From: Acidobacteriota bacterium
GTDB lineage: Bacteria > Acidobacteriota > UBA6911
Assembly: GCA_963664705.1 (NCBI GenBank)
Contig: OY761556.1
Location: 4,704,001 to 4,768,000 of the forward strand
DNA: 64,000 bases
Direction of reading: 5' to 3'
In this document: positions 53,074 to 63,652 of the stretch, one piece after another
How the letters are laid out: every line of letters begins with the position of its first letter
How positions within the stretch are numbered: position 1 is the first letter of the stretch
Program-made: the position numbers and the translations under genes
Notes under the pieces: model-generated
Database searches by the model: none
The model's input: only the letters and a program-made list of their open reading frames with translations
Told to the model about the DNA's origin: nothing

Positions 53074-54165
53074 ATGGGAAAGACCGCGTTTTTTTCGTTG
53101 CTTCTGATAATCGCGCTTGCGGGTCCGCTTGCAGCGCAAACCGGATTCAACGGCCTCGCTATCGATGGCAATCTGATTTTTCCCCAAATAGCCGTCGGCG
53201 GAGGGTACACGACCGATGTTTTCCTGATGAATCCCGGAAGCGTAACCGATGCTTCCGGAGTCCTGTATTTTTTTGACAGCCAGGGCGCTGCATTAGCGCT
53301 TCAATCGAATGGATCCCCCGTAACGCAAATTTCTGTAACCATTCCCAGGGGTTCCATCCAAAAAATCACCCTGACCATCTCCCCGGATGTGTTGACAGTC
53401 GGTTGGGCTATGTTTGTAACCAATCCCGGAACGCCGGACCCTCTCCCTGAGGTTTTTGGATCTGTGGTCTACACGGCTGTCTCCGGTACAACTCTGTTGA
53501 CCCAGACGGGCGTCCTGGGGATGCGGTATTCTACCGGGAATTTTAGAGAGGTATCGATACCGATACAGGTGGTGAATGATCTGAGCACGGGAATTGCCGT
53601 AGTCAATGCCGGTTCATCTCCGCTGAATATTACCTTTCAACTGAAGGACGCCGGCGGAAACGTTGTGAGCAACGATACGCCGCTGCCTATTTCGCCACTG
53701 CCGCCCGGGGCACATATAGCCAAATACATTACGGAGATCTTCCCGAACGTCACCTTGAGCAACTTCCTGGGAACGCTCAACCTGATAACGGACGGAGAGG
53801 GTATGGTACCCCTGGCACTGATCCTGAACGGCCCTGTTGTCTCAACGATTCCGATCATCAACGTACCCGTCAGTACTGTTACGGTTCCGCCTCAGACTGT
53901 CACCGTTTCTTCTCCCGGATTTTCCTTTTCACCGGCATCGGTCACCATCCGCGCCGGCGATACGGTCAATTTTGTCCTGGCAGGTATCCATGATGCGGTT
54001 GAAGTCAGCAAGGCTACCTGGGATGCAAACGGAAACGCTTCCAACGGCGGCTTCAGAATTCCATTCGGGGGCGGCTCCCATACGTTCACCCAGCCGGGAA
54101 CCTATTACTATGTGTGTGAGCCCCACGCATCCATGGGGATGAAAGGTACCATCATCGTGAATTAG
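53074..54165 (+). CDS. Secreted protein with C-terminal plastocyanin/azurin-type blue copper domain
   Basis: GGAGG RBS; IHDA...YVCEPHASMGM type-1 Cu ligands. Confidence 0.85.
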   Translation: MGKTAFFSLLLIIALAGPLAAQTGFNGLAIDGNLIFPQIAVGGGYTTDVFLMNPGSVTDASGVLYFFDSQGAALALQSNGSPVTQISVTIPRGSIQKITLTISPDVLTVGWAMFVTNPGTPDPLPEVFGSVVYTAVSGTTLLTQTGVLGMRYSTGNFREVSIPIQVVNDLSTGIAVVNAGSSPLNITFQLKDAGGNVVSNDTPLPISPLPPGAHIAKYITEIFPNVTLSNFLGTLNLITDGEGMVPLALILNGPVVSTIPIINVPVSTVTVPPQTVTVSSPGFSFSPASVTIRAGDTVNFVLAGIHDAVEVSKATWDANGNASNGGFRIPFGGGSHTFTQPGTYYYVCEPHASMGMKGTIIVN

Positions 54166-54475
54166 CCTCGGATCAGGAGCATCGCGATCTATAAGGGCCA
54201 TGGAGTTGCGACCTGTGAAATACCAAAACATGAGAACCAAGAGGTCCATTCAACCAATGATGTCTATCAGCCTGTCCCTCCGGATGATGAACAACCTCGC
54301 CCACGATGAAGCAAATCAGGGTAGAACACTGATTTTCGCGGAGATAAGATTTATCTACGTTGAGCCCGGAGGTGCGACGGCTTCCGGGCTTCTGCTTCAT
54401 CGCCTGTTTCTGGAATTCTCGAGTTACCTAGCTGTCAATTGTTTTAGACCATCAGGTTCACTGGGAGACCTTCTC

Positions 54476-55444
54476 ATGAAGCTTCGAATAAAGACAAATC
54501 TGGCCCTTTGTTTTGTAGCTGCTTCTTTTTGTCTGGCTTTTGGCGCAGATGAACAAAAACCTTCTGTGGCTATGACCACCACCGCAAATCAGGCTCCTTC
54601 ACCTCAAACAAAATCAGCCCCGCAGGCCGAGCGGCAGGATAGTCCGGTGGAAAAGGTGGAAAAAATTGAGGCCGTAGGCAAAGAGCTGCAATGGGACTCC
54701 CCTGATTTCCCGCGCATCGATCGCGTGGTAAATATTCAAACCGCCAGCACCACGCGACGACATGCCTTCCTCTTTACCATAGATCACAGAGCCTGGCAGA
54801 CCTTTACCGATCATCCAATGGGAGATCTCATGGGATTCGACGTCGGGGCCATGAAAATCGGCCTTGGCTTACGCTTTGGCCTCTTCGACCGTTTCGATGT
54901 TGGTCTCCTGCGACTCAATGGAACTCTTGCCGATTACAATATCGATACCTACGATTTCGACGGAAAGTACCACCTGCTGCGCCAGGCAACGCATCATGTG
55001 GACGTGGCCGTCCGCGGCGGAGTGACGTGGTTCAACGTGGCCGGTTTGCCTGATCGAAGCGCCTTTTTCACTCAATTGCTGGTAAACAGGGAATTGAGTG
55101 GAAGAGTCCGCATCGGTTCCGGCGTGCTCTATCACTCGGACTCTTATAACGACACTAAATTATCATCTGACCCAAAACACTCGGCGGCAATTCCGGCAAC
55201 GGTTGAGGTCCGAGTATTGCCCTGGCTGGCTCTCAATGGTGAAGTAGCCGCCACTGTGAGCGGATATGGATCTGATTTCCCGGCGTTTTCAGCGTCGGCA
55301 AAAATGCTGACTCGCCGGCATACATTTTCTTTGGTTTTCTCAAACACTCAATATCTCGGGCCGGGTGGTATTGCGACCGGATCCGCACGGGGTGCCGGAG
55401 GCCTTATCTTTGGATTTACCATCGTCCGCGAATTGCCCTTGTAG
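54476..55444 (+). CDS. DUF5777-like outer-membrane beta-barrel
   Basis: Signal peptide; IDHR, LMGFD, GLRFG and HTFSLVFSN motifs. Confidence 0.7.
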   Translation: MKLRIKTNLALCFVAASFCLAFGADEQKPSVAMTTTANQAPSPQTKSAPQAERQDSPVEKVEKIEAVGKELQWDSPDFPRIDRVVNIQTASTTRRHAFLFTIDHRAWQTFTDHPMGDLMGFDVGAMKIGLGLRFGLFDRFDVGLLRLNGTLADYNIDTYDFDGKYHLLRQATHHVDVAVRGGVTWFNVAGLPDRSAFFTQLLVNRELSGRVRIGSGVLYHSDSYNDTKLSSDPKHSAAIPATVEVRVLPWLALNGEVAATVSGYGSDFPAFSASAKMLTRRHTFSLVFSNTQYLGPGGIATGSARGAGGLIFGFTIVRELPL

Positions 55445-55509
55445 ATGCAAGCCGGACCCGAAGTGCGCCGAGTCTTCCCAAAGACCGGGTAATGATGCCG
55501 AGGTGAAAC

Positions 55510-55905
55510 ATGCTCAATCGTCGCAAATGGTTAAGAATCTGTGGACAGGGAATTGCCGTGTTCTTAATGCCGGCTTCCCTTCTTTTTGGCAAAAGGATGT
55601 CGATTGATCTGGATCAGGTTCCGAAGCTGAAGGAAATCGGCGGCCAGATCACAATCAAGCTGATGAACGAAGACCTGCTCTTCATTCGTGATTCCGAAAG
55701 AACAGTTCGAATCCTTAGTGCGCGCTGCACACACAAAGGATGCATCGTGAAATACAGTGAAAGAAACAACCGAATTGAATGCCCCTGCCATGGGTCACAG
55801 TACGATTTGAATGGAAATGTTCTAAAGGGTCCTGCTATGAGGTCGCTTGCCACCCATGCGGGAGCAATCGAGGGAAATCAGATTCTCGTGGAATTCCCCG
55901 GCTAG
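55510..55905 (+). CDS. Tat-exported stand-alone Rieske protein
   Basis: NRRKWL signal; CTHKGC and CPCHGS motifs. Confidence 0.9.
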   Translation: MLNRRKWLRICGQGIAVFLMPASLLFGKRMSIDLDQVPKLKEIGGQITIKLMNEDLLFIRDSERTVRILSARCTHKGCIVKYSERNNRIECPCHGSQYDLNGNVLKGPAMRSLATHAGAIEGNQILVEFPG

Positions 55906-56207
55906 AGATCCAGGCTTTCACAGTGCCGGCAACAAAAATGGGCAATCAAGACAAAGCGCTCTGCATGCTTTTACCAAAGGACTAGTAGGCAGTTTCGATC
56001 CTATGTAAGGAGATAGGCCCCGCAAATTCACTTTCCCCCTTGCCCAGGATTGCCGTTGGCAACCATAATTAGAGGGTTCATATGATTTGCGAGTAGTGAC
56101 TAGGGTAATGTCCTCATCCGGTTTGGTTCTGCAAGACTTCGTTGCGGCTGCCCGGCAATAGACAATCCCGACATCATGGTTTTGCCTCCAGGAAACAGGG
56201 CGCACCT

Positions 56208-59147
56208 ATGCCTTCGAAGACCGCATCACAACGGGATCTGCTGCAAACCGTCCGGGAACTAAAACTCCGCCTGGAAAAGACGGAGAGTTTGCTCACACAA
56301 ACAGATTCTCCAATGGCAAATTTGGGTTCCGCCTCCGATCCGGGAGAGCTTTCGGCTCTCGTCGATGTCCTTCAGGATGAGGTCTGCAGTGTTGAAGAAA
56401 ACGCCGCTTTGAAAAGCAGCGCGATCAGAAATCCGGCGGAGGCTGCTAGAAGACAGGCCGAAGAGGCGCTGCGGCTCTCCGAGGAAAAATTTGCCAAGGC
56501 TTTCTCGTCGAATCCGGCAGCTATTGCCATCAGTCGTCTCAGCGATGGGGTCATTCTCGACATAAACGAGACCTGCCAGTCAATGTTCGGATACCGTCGA
56601 GAGGAAGTTGTCGGTCGATCAACCAGGGAATTGAAGTTCTGGCTTTCCCCCGATCGACCTCAACTTCTCAATGAGCTGTCGACGAAGGGCTTTGTTCGCA
56701 ATCGTGAACAGAAGCTTCTCCGGAAATCAGGGGAAATTTTCACGGCGCTCGTGTCGGCGGACGTTCTGGTCGTTTCAGGCGAAAAGCTGATTCTGTCAAC
56801 CTGGCTGGACATCACCGAACTCAAGCTTACGGAAGATGCACTCCGTGAAAGTGAAGCCCGCCTGCGTCTCTTCATTGAACATGCCCCGGCGGCTTTGGCC
56901 ATGTTTGATCGAGAGATGCGCTATCTGAGTGCCAGCCACCGCTGGCTGAGTGACTATGGACTGGAAGGCCGTGATCTGACCGGCCTGTTTCACTATGAAG
57001 TATTTCCGAAGATACCGGCAGGCTGGAAACAGGCCCATGCGCGCGGGCTGTCGGGCGAGGTAGTCCGCACCGAAGAAGATCCATTTGAAAGGGCCGATGG
57101 ATCCCTGCAATGGCTTCGCTGGGAAATTCACCCCTGGCACGACGCATCGGGCGACGTCGCAGGCATCGTGATCTTCACGGAGGATATTACCGAACGCAAG
57201 CTTGCCGCCGAGGCATTGCGGAAAAGTGAAGAGAGATTCCGGGTCATGTTTGAAGGCCATGGAGCCGTGATGATGCTGATTGAGCCGGAGACGGGCGCTA
57301 TCATTGATGCAAACGCTGCGGCGGCGAATTTCTATGGCTATACGAGCCAACAATTGCGCTCCATGCACATCGAACAGATCAATCAACTCTCGCCCGGGCA
57401 GGTAGCGGCAGAGCGCCGAAATGCGGTCGATCTCGATAGGAATCAATTTGTTTTTCCTCATCGGCTGGCCGATTCGCAGATTCGGTGGGTCGAAGTGCAT
57501 TCTTCGCCGGTGATAATTCAAGACCGGCCCATGCTCTTTTCGGTAATCCATGATATTACCGCACGGCGTCAGGCCGAAGCGGCGCTGTATCTGCTAAATG
57601 CCGAGCTGGAACAGCGGGTCATTGAACGAACCACGGAACTGGCCAAGGCTGCCGACAAGGTGCGTGCGGAGCGAAAACGCTTTCTTGACGTGCTGGAAAC
57701 TTTACCCGTCGTCATCTGCCTTATCCGGCCGGATTATCGCCTGGAATTTGTAAACCGCGCATACCGCGATGCGCTCGGACATAATCAGGGGCTGCTCTGT
57801 CACAAAAGCCAGTTCGATCGGGACACGCCATGCGCGGAATGCCAGGCATTTATGCCGCTGGAAACAGGCCAGCCGCATAAATGGGAATGGGCGCTTCCAA
57901 ACGGCAGGATATTCGAAATCCACAATTTCCCCTTCGCCGACATTGATGGCGCGCCGATGATCCTCGAGATGGATGTGGATATCACAGAGCGCAGAACGGC
58001 CGAAAAAAAACTGCTTCATGCCCACGAAGAACTGGAAGCGCGAGCGGCTCAGTTGAGACAGCTCGCCGCCGAATTGACGCTGGCCGAGCAGCGAGAGCGG
58101 AAACGGCTCGCGCTGGTATTGCACGACGGCCTTCAGCAAATGCTGGTCGCCGCCAAGATACAGGTTGCCTTAATAGGTCGCAGCAAGGATATCCCTAGAA
58201 CTGCCGCTGATATTACCAACCTGATTGATGATTGCATCCAGACTTCCAGGTCATTGACGGCCGAGCTCAGCCCGCCGATTCTTCATCAAGGAGGGCTGGT
58301 TCCCGGATTGGAATGGCTGGTCCAATGGATGTTTGACAAGCATGGGCTTTCCGTCGAACTGACCACGCAGGGACAAACCAGGACGTTGCCTGAGGAAATC
58401 ACGATTCTCCTTTTTCAATCCGTCCGGGAATTACTCTTCAACATCGTAAAGCATGCCGGAATCCGCACGGCCCGAGTCGGGGTGGCTTATCACCAGGGAC
58501 GAATCCAGGTTGAAGTGGCCGACGAGGGTTCGGGATTCGATTCCATGCGGCTTGGCAATCGCACATCGCATGAAGGATCGGGAATGGGACTGTTCAGCAT
58601 CAGGGAACGGTTGGGATACCTCGGCGGAACCATGGAAATTGACGCTGCTCCGGGAAAAGGGACCAGGCTTCAACTGGTAATTCCGGCCATCGGCACCGCC
58701 GGCGCCATCCCTGAGCCCGGCACCGGACCCAGAACCTCGGTGGCCACTACCTGGGCGGAGGTGGATAAAGGCGATTCAACGAAGATTCGCGTCGTTCTGG
58801 TGGACGATCACCTCGTTATGCGCCAGGGATTGGCCAGCCTCCTCAGCATTGAATCGGATATTTTGGTCGTGGGCGAAGCCTCCGACGGGAAATCCGCCAT
58901 CGATCTTGTTTTGAATACAAGACCGGCTGTCGTTCTGATGGATATCAGCATGTCCGGAATAGATGGCGTGGAGGCCACGAAGAGGATTCGCGAAAAAATG
59001 CCGGAAGTCAAAATTATCGGACTCTCTATGTTTCAGGAAGGAGAGCAGGCCTCGGCCATTCTTGAAGCCGGCGCCATTGCCTATCTCGCAAAATCAGGAC
59101 CTTCCACCGCGGTCATAGAAGCGATACGCAATTGCATGCGTCCATAG
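56208..59147 (+). CDS. Cytoplasmic multi-PAS hybrid sensor kinase (HisKA_3-HATPase-REC)
   Basis: Four PAS repeats, LHDGLQQ His site, GMGLFSIRERL, C-terminal VLVDDH receiver. Confidence 0.9.
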   Translation: MPSKTASQRDLLQTVRELKLRLEKTESLLTQTDSPMANLGSASDPGELSALVDVLQDEVCSVEENAALKSSAIRNPAEAARRQAEEALRLSEEKFAKAFSSNPAAIAISRLSDGVILDINETCQSMFGYRREEVVGRSTRELKFWLSPDRPQLLNELSTKGFVRNREQKLLRKSGEIFTALVSADVLVVSGEKLILSTWLDITELKLTEDALRESEARLRLFIEHAPAALAMFDREMRYLSASHRWLSDYGLEGRDLTGLFHYEVFPKIPAGWKQAHARGLSGEVVRTEEDPFERADGSLQWLRWEIHPWHDASGDVAGIVIFTEDITERKLAAEALRKSEERFRVMFEGHGAVMMLIEPETGAIIDANAAAANFYGYTSQQLRSMHIEQINQLSPGQVAAERRNAVDLDRNQFVFPHRLADSQIRWVEVHSSPVIIQDRPMLFSVIHDITARRQAEAALYLLNAELEQRVIERTTELAKAADKVRAERKRFLDVLETLPVVICLIRPDYRLEFVNRAYRDALGHNQGLLCHKSQFDRDTPCAECQAFMPLETGQPHKWEWALPNGRIFEIHNFPFADIDGAPMILEMDVDITERRTAEKKLLHAHEELEARAAQLRQLAAELTLAEQRERKRLALVLHDGLQQMLVAAKIQVALIGRSKDIPRTAADITNLIDDCIQTSRSLTAELSPPILHQGGLVPGLEWLVQWMFDKHGLSVELTTQGQTRTLPEEITILLFQSVRELLFNIVKHAGIRTARVGVAYHQGRIQVEVADEGSGFDSMRLGNRTSHEGSGMGLFSIRERLGYLGGTMEIDAAPGKGTRLQLVIPAIGTAGAIPEPGTGPRTSVATTWAEVDKGDSTKIRVVLVDDHLVMRQGLASLLSIESDILVVGEASDGKSAIDLVLNTRPAVVLMDISMSGIDGVEATKRIREKMPEVKIIGLSMFQEGEQASAILEAGAIAYLAKSGPSTAVIEAIRNCMRP

Positions 59148-59529
59148 GTTGGAATACATTCTCCCGCCCTCTCTTCCCTTTTTTGTTGACCCGGTGCCAA
59201 CTGTCGATTTAAATTGTCTATACTGAGATATGTGGTTTCGTATAGGATATCTCGTTAGGAGATGATCCAAACGGGTAAGTTGTCTCAAGGATGAGCAATC
59301 AATTCCCCGGTGTCCCAATGACGTAATTTGGTGACTAATTTTGCAAAGCCAAAATACTGTTATTTCTGATTCAGGAATGTCAGTGGGAGAGCGGCTCCAA
59401 CCGGGGTGGGGTTAGAAGCAAGATATAGGTTGCCGTACGGTTTGGAACATTTTTGTAGAAACAGGTGATCTGCCTCTACGGCAAAAAGATCAAGGCCGCA
59501 AATTCAGTTCTTTTGAGGAGGCGAATTTC

Positions 59530-61347
59530 ATGAGAGCCAGGAAGGTTTGCTTTTTGGTCATTGTTCTGATCGCGGCACTCGCCGCATCGAGTGTGCAGGC
59601 GCAGCAGAAAGCAAAAGCTGCCGTAAAGCCTGCGGTAGAAAAAATTGTCGTGATGAATCCCCGCGGCATACAGCCTGAAATCCGCAAGATTCCCATGGCA
59701 AAGCGTCCGGATACGCTCAATGGCAAGACGGTCTATGTCGTGGATATCAAATATGCGAATACCCGGCCGTTCGTCAATGAACTGATGGCCGCACTGAAGG
59801 CGAAATATCCAAGCACCACCTGGGTGCTGAAGGAAAAACTTGGAATGTACATGGATGATGATCCGAATCTCTGGAAGGAGATAAAGGAAAAGGCATCCGG
59901 AGCCATCGTCCTGGTGGGGCATTGAAGCAGCTGCTCGCCGGCAGTTGTCGGCCATGCAGTGACGCTGGAAAGAATGGGCATCCCCGCAGTACCGATGATC
60001 ACAGCCAGATTCCAGGAGCTTGTGACCACCATCTCCTATAAAAAAGGGATCCCGAACATGCGGATCACCTATACGCCTCATCCCATCACGGACAGACCGG
60101 CCGAGCTTTGCCGGCAGTACGTGCAGGGGAAAGATCCGAACAGCGGCCAGCCGATGCTGGAACAAATCTATGGAGCGCTGACCAAGCCTCTGTCGGTGGA
60201 AGACGCCAAGGCCGGCTTCCTCAAGAGAGATGCGCGCCCGAGGCTGTTGCCCCCGGACACGCCGGAAAACCTGCTGGAATACTTCCACGAACACATCTTC
60301 ACCGATGGCAACCCGATCATTCTCCCGACCGAACAGAAGGTGGCGGAAATGCTGAAAGCCACCAGCCGCAAGCCGGATGAATGGGTCGGACAGATGCGTC
60401 CCTCTCCTCCCCATGAAGCCTGGTACTACACGGTGGAAATGGTCGCCGTGAATGCCGTCATGGCGGGAGCCAAACCGGAATACTTCCCCACGATCCTGGC
60501 GATTGCCTCCAAGGGTTTGACCTCGATGTTCAGTTCGACTTCGTCGTTTGCCCGCATGGTCGTCGTCAACGGCCCGGTGGTGAAGGAAATCGGCATGAAC
60601 ACCAGCATCGGAGCGCTGGGTCCGAACAACCGTGCCAACTCCTCCATCGGCCGCTGCTGGACGCTGATCTCCAAGAACCTCGGCGGATCCGGGAAACCGG
60701 GAGAAACCTACCTGGGCAGCCAGGGGAACCAGTTGAACTACAACAACCTCTGCTTCCCGGAAACGGAAGAAGGGTTGCCGGCAGGATGGAATCCGTTGTC
60801 GGTACAGAAGGGTTTCAAGAAGTCCGACAGCGTGGTCAGCCTGTTCAGCGGCTGGAGCTTCAACGATATCGCCTGGTACTCGCCGCTGCCGCAGCATGAA
60901 GTCATCCGCGGCTGGCTGGAGCATTTCTTTTCGTACGGTACCAGCCAGGCGACTCTCGTTCTCGACCCCATCGTCGCGGCTGACGTGGCGAACATCGGCG
61001 GTTTCTCAACGAAGGAAGCCTTCTCCAAGTGGCTGGCGGAAAAAACAGGAACACCCGGCTGGCTGTACTGGTCAACACACCAGAGAGAGCTGAAGCAGGC
61101 ACAGGATGGAGTAGAACCCTACGCGGGCTGGCTGAAGCAGGGACAGGGTGCGGTAATCCCGGTTTCCCGCTATAACAGGGCTCAGGGCGTTGCCAGGTAT
61201 TCCTCCCGCTCTTCTTTCATTACGCAAAGCGGCAGTGATGCCACCAGTTCGGTTGAAATTGTGGTTACCGGCGGCGGAACGAACACCTTCTGGTCGGGCG
61301 GCGACTTTGGCTATGCGGGCAGCGCGTCCGTGGATCAATGGAGATAG
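59530..61347 (+). CDS. Secreted UGSC-family selenoprotein (Sec at TGA 59923-59925, U-S-S-C)
   Basis: Two ORFs in the same frame separated only by TGA, giving VLVGH-U-SSC-SPAV; SECIS-like hairpin follows; TDGNPIILPT..AVNAVMAG..NRANSSIGR domain. Confidence 0.82.
59931..59959 (+). promoter_or_regulatory. Putative bacterial SECIS element
   Basis: gccggc-AGTT-gtcggc upper stem with loop starting 17 nt after UGA and G at loop position 2; ctgc/gcag lower stem. Confidence 0.68.
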
Positions 61348-61360
61348 GAGGAACGATCAC

Positions 61361-61933
61361 ATGAAAAACAGATTAATGATAGCTGCAATTGCGCTGTTGG
61401 GATTGATGGTCGCGGTAGGCCTCCAGCCTGTCATGGCGCAGGAAAACACGCCCACGAATCCGGTTGCCGTAAAGGTGCCGCTGAAATCGATGGTCGAACT
61501 CGGGTCGGTGTATACCAACATCTATGACATCACGATCACGGTACTTGAAACTGTTCGAGGCAATGCAGCGCTTGAACAGCTCAAGGCGGCGGATCCGAAT
61601 GTCAAAGCGCCGGCAGCGGGCTTTGATTACGTGCTGGCACGCGTCAAGTTCGAACTCAAGGGGCGCTATGTCAGCGACAACCTGTCGTTTGATCTCGGAA
61701 CCGAACCGCTGCAGTGGGTTTTGCTGTCGGGCGCGGATCTGACGGAATATGACCGGGTATCACTGACGGTTCCCAAGCCTGCGCTGGCAGGCATTGTGAA
61801 ACCCGCCGGTTCGATGGAAGGCTGGGTGGGCTTTGCCGTTTCTCAGAAAGACGCCAAGCCGGTGATGGTATTTGATCCGGATACCGGCGGCGCCACCGGG
61901 CGCGGCAAAACTCTCTTCTTCAAAATGTATTAG
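61361..61933 (+). CDS. Secreted hypothetical protein (DUF4352-like Ig fold)
   Basis: AGGAGG RBS; signal peptide; EGWVGFAV motif. Confidence 0.75.
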   Translation: MKNRLMIAAIALLGLMVAVGLQPVMAQENTPTNPVAVKVPLKSMVELGSVYTNIYDITITVLETVRGNAALEQLKAADPNVKAPAAGFDYVLARVKFELKGRYVSDNLSFDLGTEPLQWVLLSGADLTEYDRVSLTVPKPALAGIVKPAGSMEGWVGFAVSQKDAKPVMVFDPDTGGATGRGKTLFFKMY

Positions 61934-61947
61934 TTGCTGAAACAAAG

Positions 61948-61982
61948 AGGTTCGTGGCCAATAAAACATTGGCCACGAACCT
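61948..61982. terminator. Strong hairpin between convergent genes
   Basis: aggttcgtggccaat-aaaac-attggccacgaacct, a 15-bp perfect stem. Confidence 0.65.
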
Positions 61983-62078
61983 TACCCGCATTGCATCACC
62001 TCGTATATTTTTTGGCCGCCGCGTTGCAGGTCGGAATAATACCTGCCCTTCAATGCATGTCGAAACCGCCCAAAGGAA

Positions 62079-63029
62079 TCAGATAACCACTCCGGCAAGG
62101 ACTCTTGCGGATTCCAGCGATGTTCGATCAAGCTGCGGGTCGATCTGCAAAACCCGCGGATTCTGCCGCTGCTCTCGAGGCACCTCCCCCCGCACGCCCG
62201 GACCGATGAGGTAGTAATCATACTCGGAGCTGCCGAACAGCTTATTCAGGTTCGGTATCTTTTTGATTGAGCTTGAATGAATGCTGACATCTGAAGATGT
62301 CACGAGGTTTCGTATCTGCTCCACCATGTAGTGAACCCTGTGTACAGGCTGTGGCTGGTGGAGAAGCAATACGGATGAGTTGGAACGTATCTCCGCCAGC
62401 AAATGGATTGTTTGAGCAGAAGCGCGGACTTCAACAGGAATAATCTCAGCCTTTTTGCCGGACACCATCGAACGGGCATATTCGTACAAAATGTGATTGA
62501 CGATTATTTTGGGAGTTGCATGACCCCTGGCGACGCTCTCCTTTAATGCCCGGAAGGTCAGCCCTTTAACCGGCACTTTCCATAGCTGCGATATTTCCGC
62601 GGCAGCCTGGGTTGCGATTTCCTCATGAATATCCACAAAAGAAATGAGCGGAGCTTTGCGTTCGCTCTCCTGGGCATGCCGGCTGAGGTACCGGGCAAAA
62701 GCTGTCGGCGATATGCCCATCTGACGGGCTCGGGCCGTGATCTTCTCACTCAGCTTAAAACAGCTTTCATTGATGGATCGCGGAGATTCTGTTGCGGTCT
62801 TGATCACGCTTCCTTTGCCGCGCATCAGAGCAATCAGACCGGATCTTCTCAAGGCCAGGTAAGCCTTGTGTATCTGGCTGTGGTGAATGCCCGTCTGTTT
62901 CTCAATATCACGAATTGAAGGCAAGGTATCGCCGTTCCGAAGGATTCCCATCATTACGGCAAACTTGATCTGTTCCTCGATCTGGTTGACTACGGGAGTA
63001 GGACTATTTTTCTCGATGTAAAATTCCAT
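62079..63029 (-). CDS. GntR family transcriptional regulator (YtrA-like HTH, long C-domain)
   Basis: QIEEQIK..GDTLPSIRDI..KAYLALRRSG..RGKGS; AGGAGG RBS. Confidence 0.88.
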   Translation of the reverse strand: MEFYIEKNSPTPVVNQIEEQIKFAVMMGILRNGDTLPSIRDIEKQTGIHHSQIHKAYLALRRSGLIALMRGKGSVIKTATESPRSINESCFKLSEKITARARQMGISPTAFARYLSRHAQESERKAPLISFVDIHEEIATQAAAEISQLWKVPVKGLTFRALKESVARGHATPKIIVNHILYEYARSMVSGKKAEIIPVEVRASAQTIHLLAEIRSNSSVLLLHQPQPVHRVHYMVEQIRNLVTSSDVSIHSSSIKKIPNLNKLFGSSEYDYYLIGPGVRGEVPREQRQNPRVLQIDPQLDRTSLESARVLAGVVI

Positions 63030-63082
63030 CCTTCGCCTCCTGAGATAACTGCCCCCAATTATGAACTTACTCCCTCTAAATT

Positions 63083-63595
63083 CCAGATTGCAGATTTCAG
63101 ATTCCAGACTAAGGCCGGGTAAATAGTAACCCAGGCCTATTTCCATGGATGCGTCTTTGCGTGCGCACTTGCCCGCACGATGGTTTCCATCCGCATGGAA
63201 TCATACTTGGAATTTGCTATCCGGGAGCAATTTTCCCAGGCCCTCCCAGATTGCAGATTTCAGATTCCAGACTAAGGCCGGGTAAATAGTAACCCAGGCC
63301 TATTTCCATGGATGCGTCTTTGCGTGCGCACTTGCCCGCACGATGGTTTCCATCCGCATGGAATCATACTTGGAATTTGCAATCCGGGAGCAATTTTCCC
63401 AAGCCCTCCCAGATTGCAGATTTCAAGATTCCAGATTGCAGATTCCAGATTTCAGACTAAGACTGGGGACATAGTAGCCCCGGCCTATTTCCATGGATGC
63501 TTCTTTGCGTGCGCACTTGCCCGCACGATGGTTTCCATCCGCATGGAATCATACTTGGAATTTGCTATCCGGGAGCAATTTTCCCAAGCCCTCCC
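63083..63595. repeat. Tandem array of three ~163-bp structured units
   Basis: Units start at 63083, 63246 and 63409. They are near-identical, and the third carries extra AGATT(C/G/T)C heptamers. Confidence 0.92.
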
Positions 63596-63652
63596 ATATT
63601 CGGGAGAGCCTGGGATGTTGCGGGTTGACTGAAAAACAACGCAGGCACCGAT

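Noticed and set aside
63030-63146. N-terminal extension of the GntR ORF
   Set aside because: It runs into the repeat array, and a strong RBS precedes the ATG at 63029.
63083-63595. Possible CRISPR array
   Set aside because: The units are ~163 bp and near-identical with no unique spacers, and there are no cas genes.
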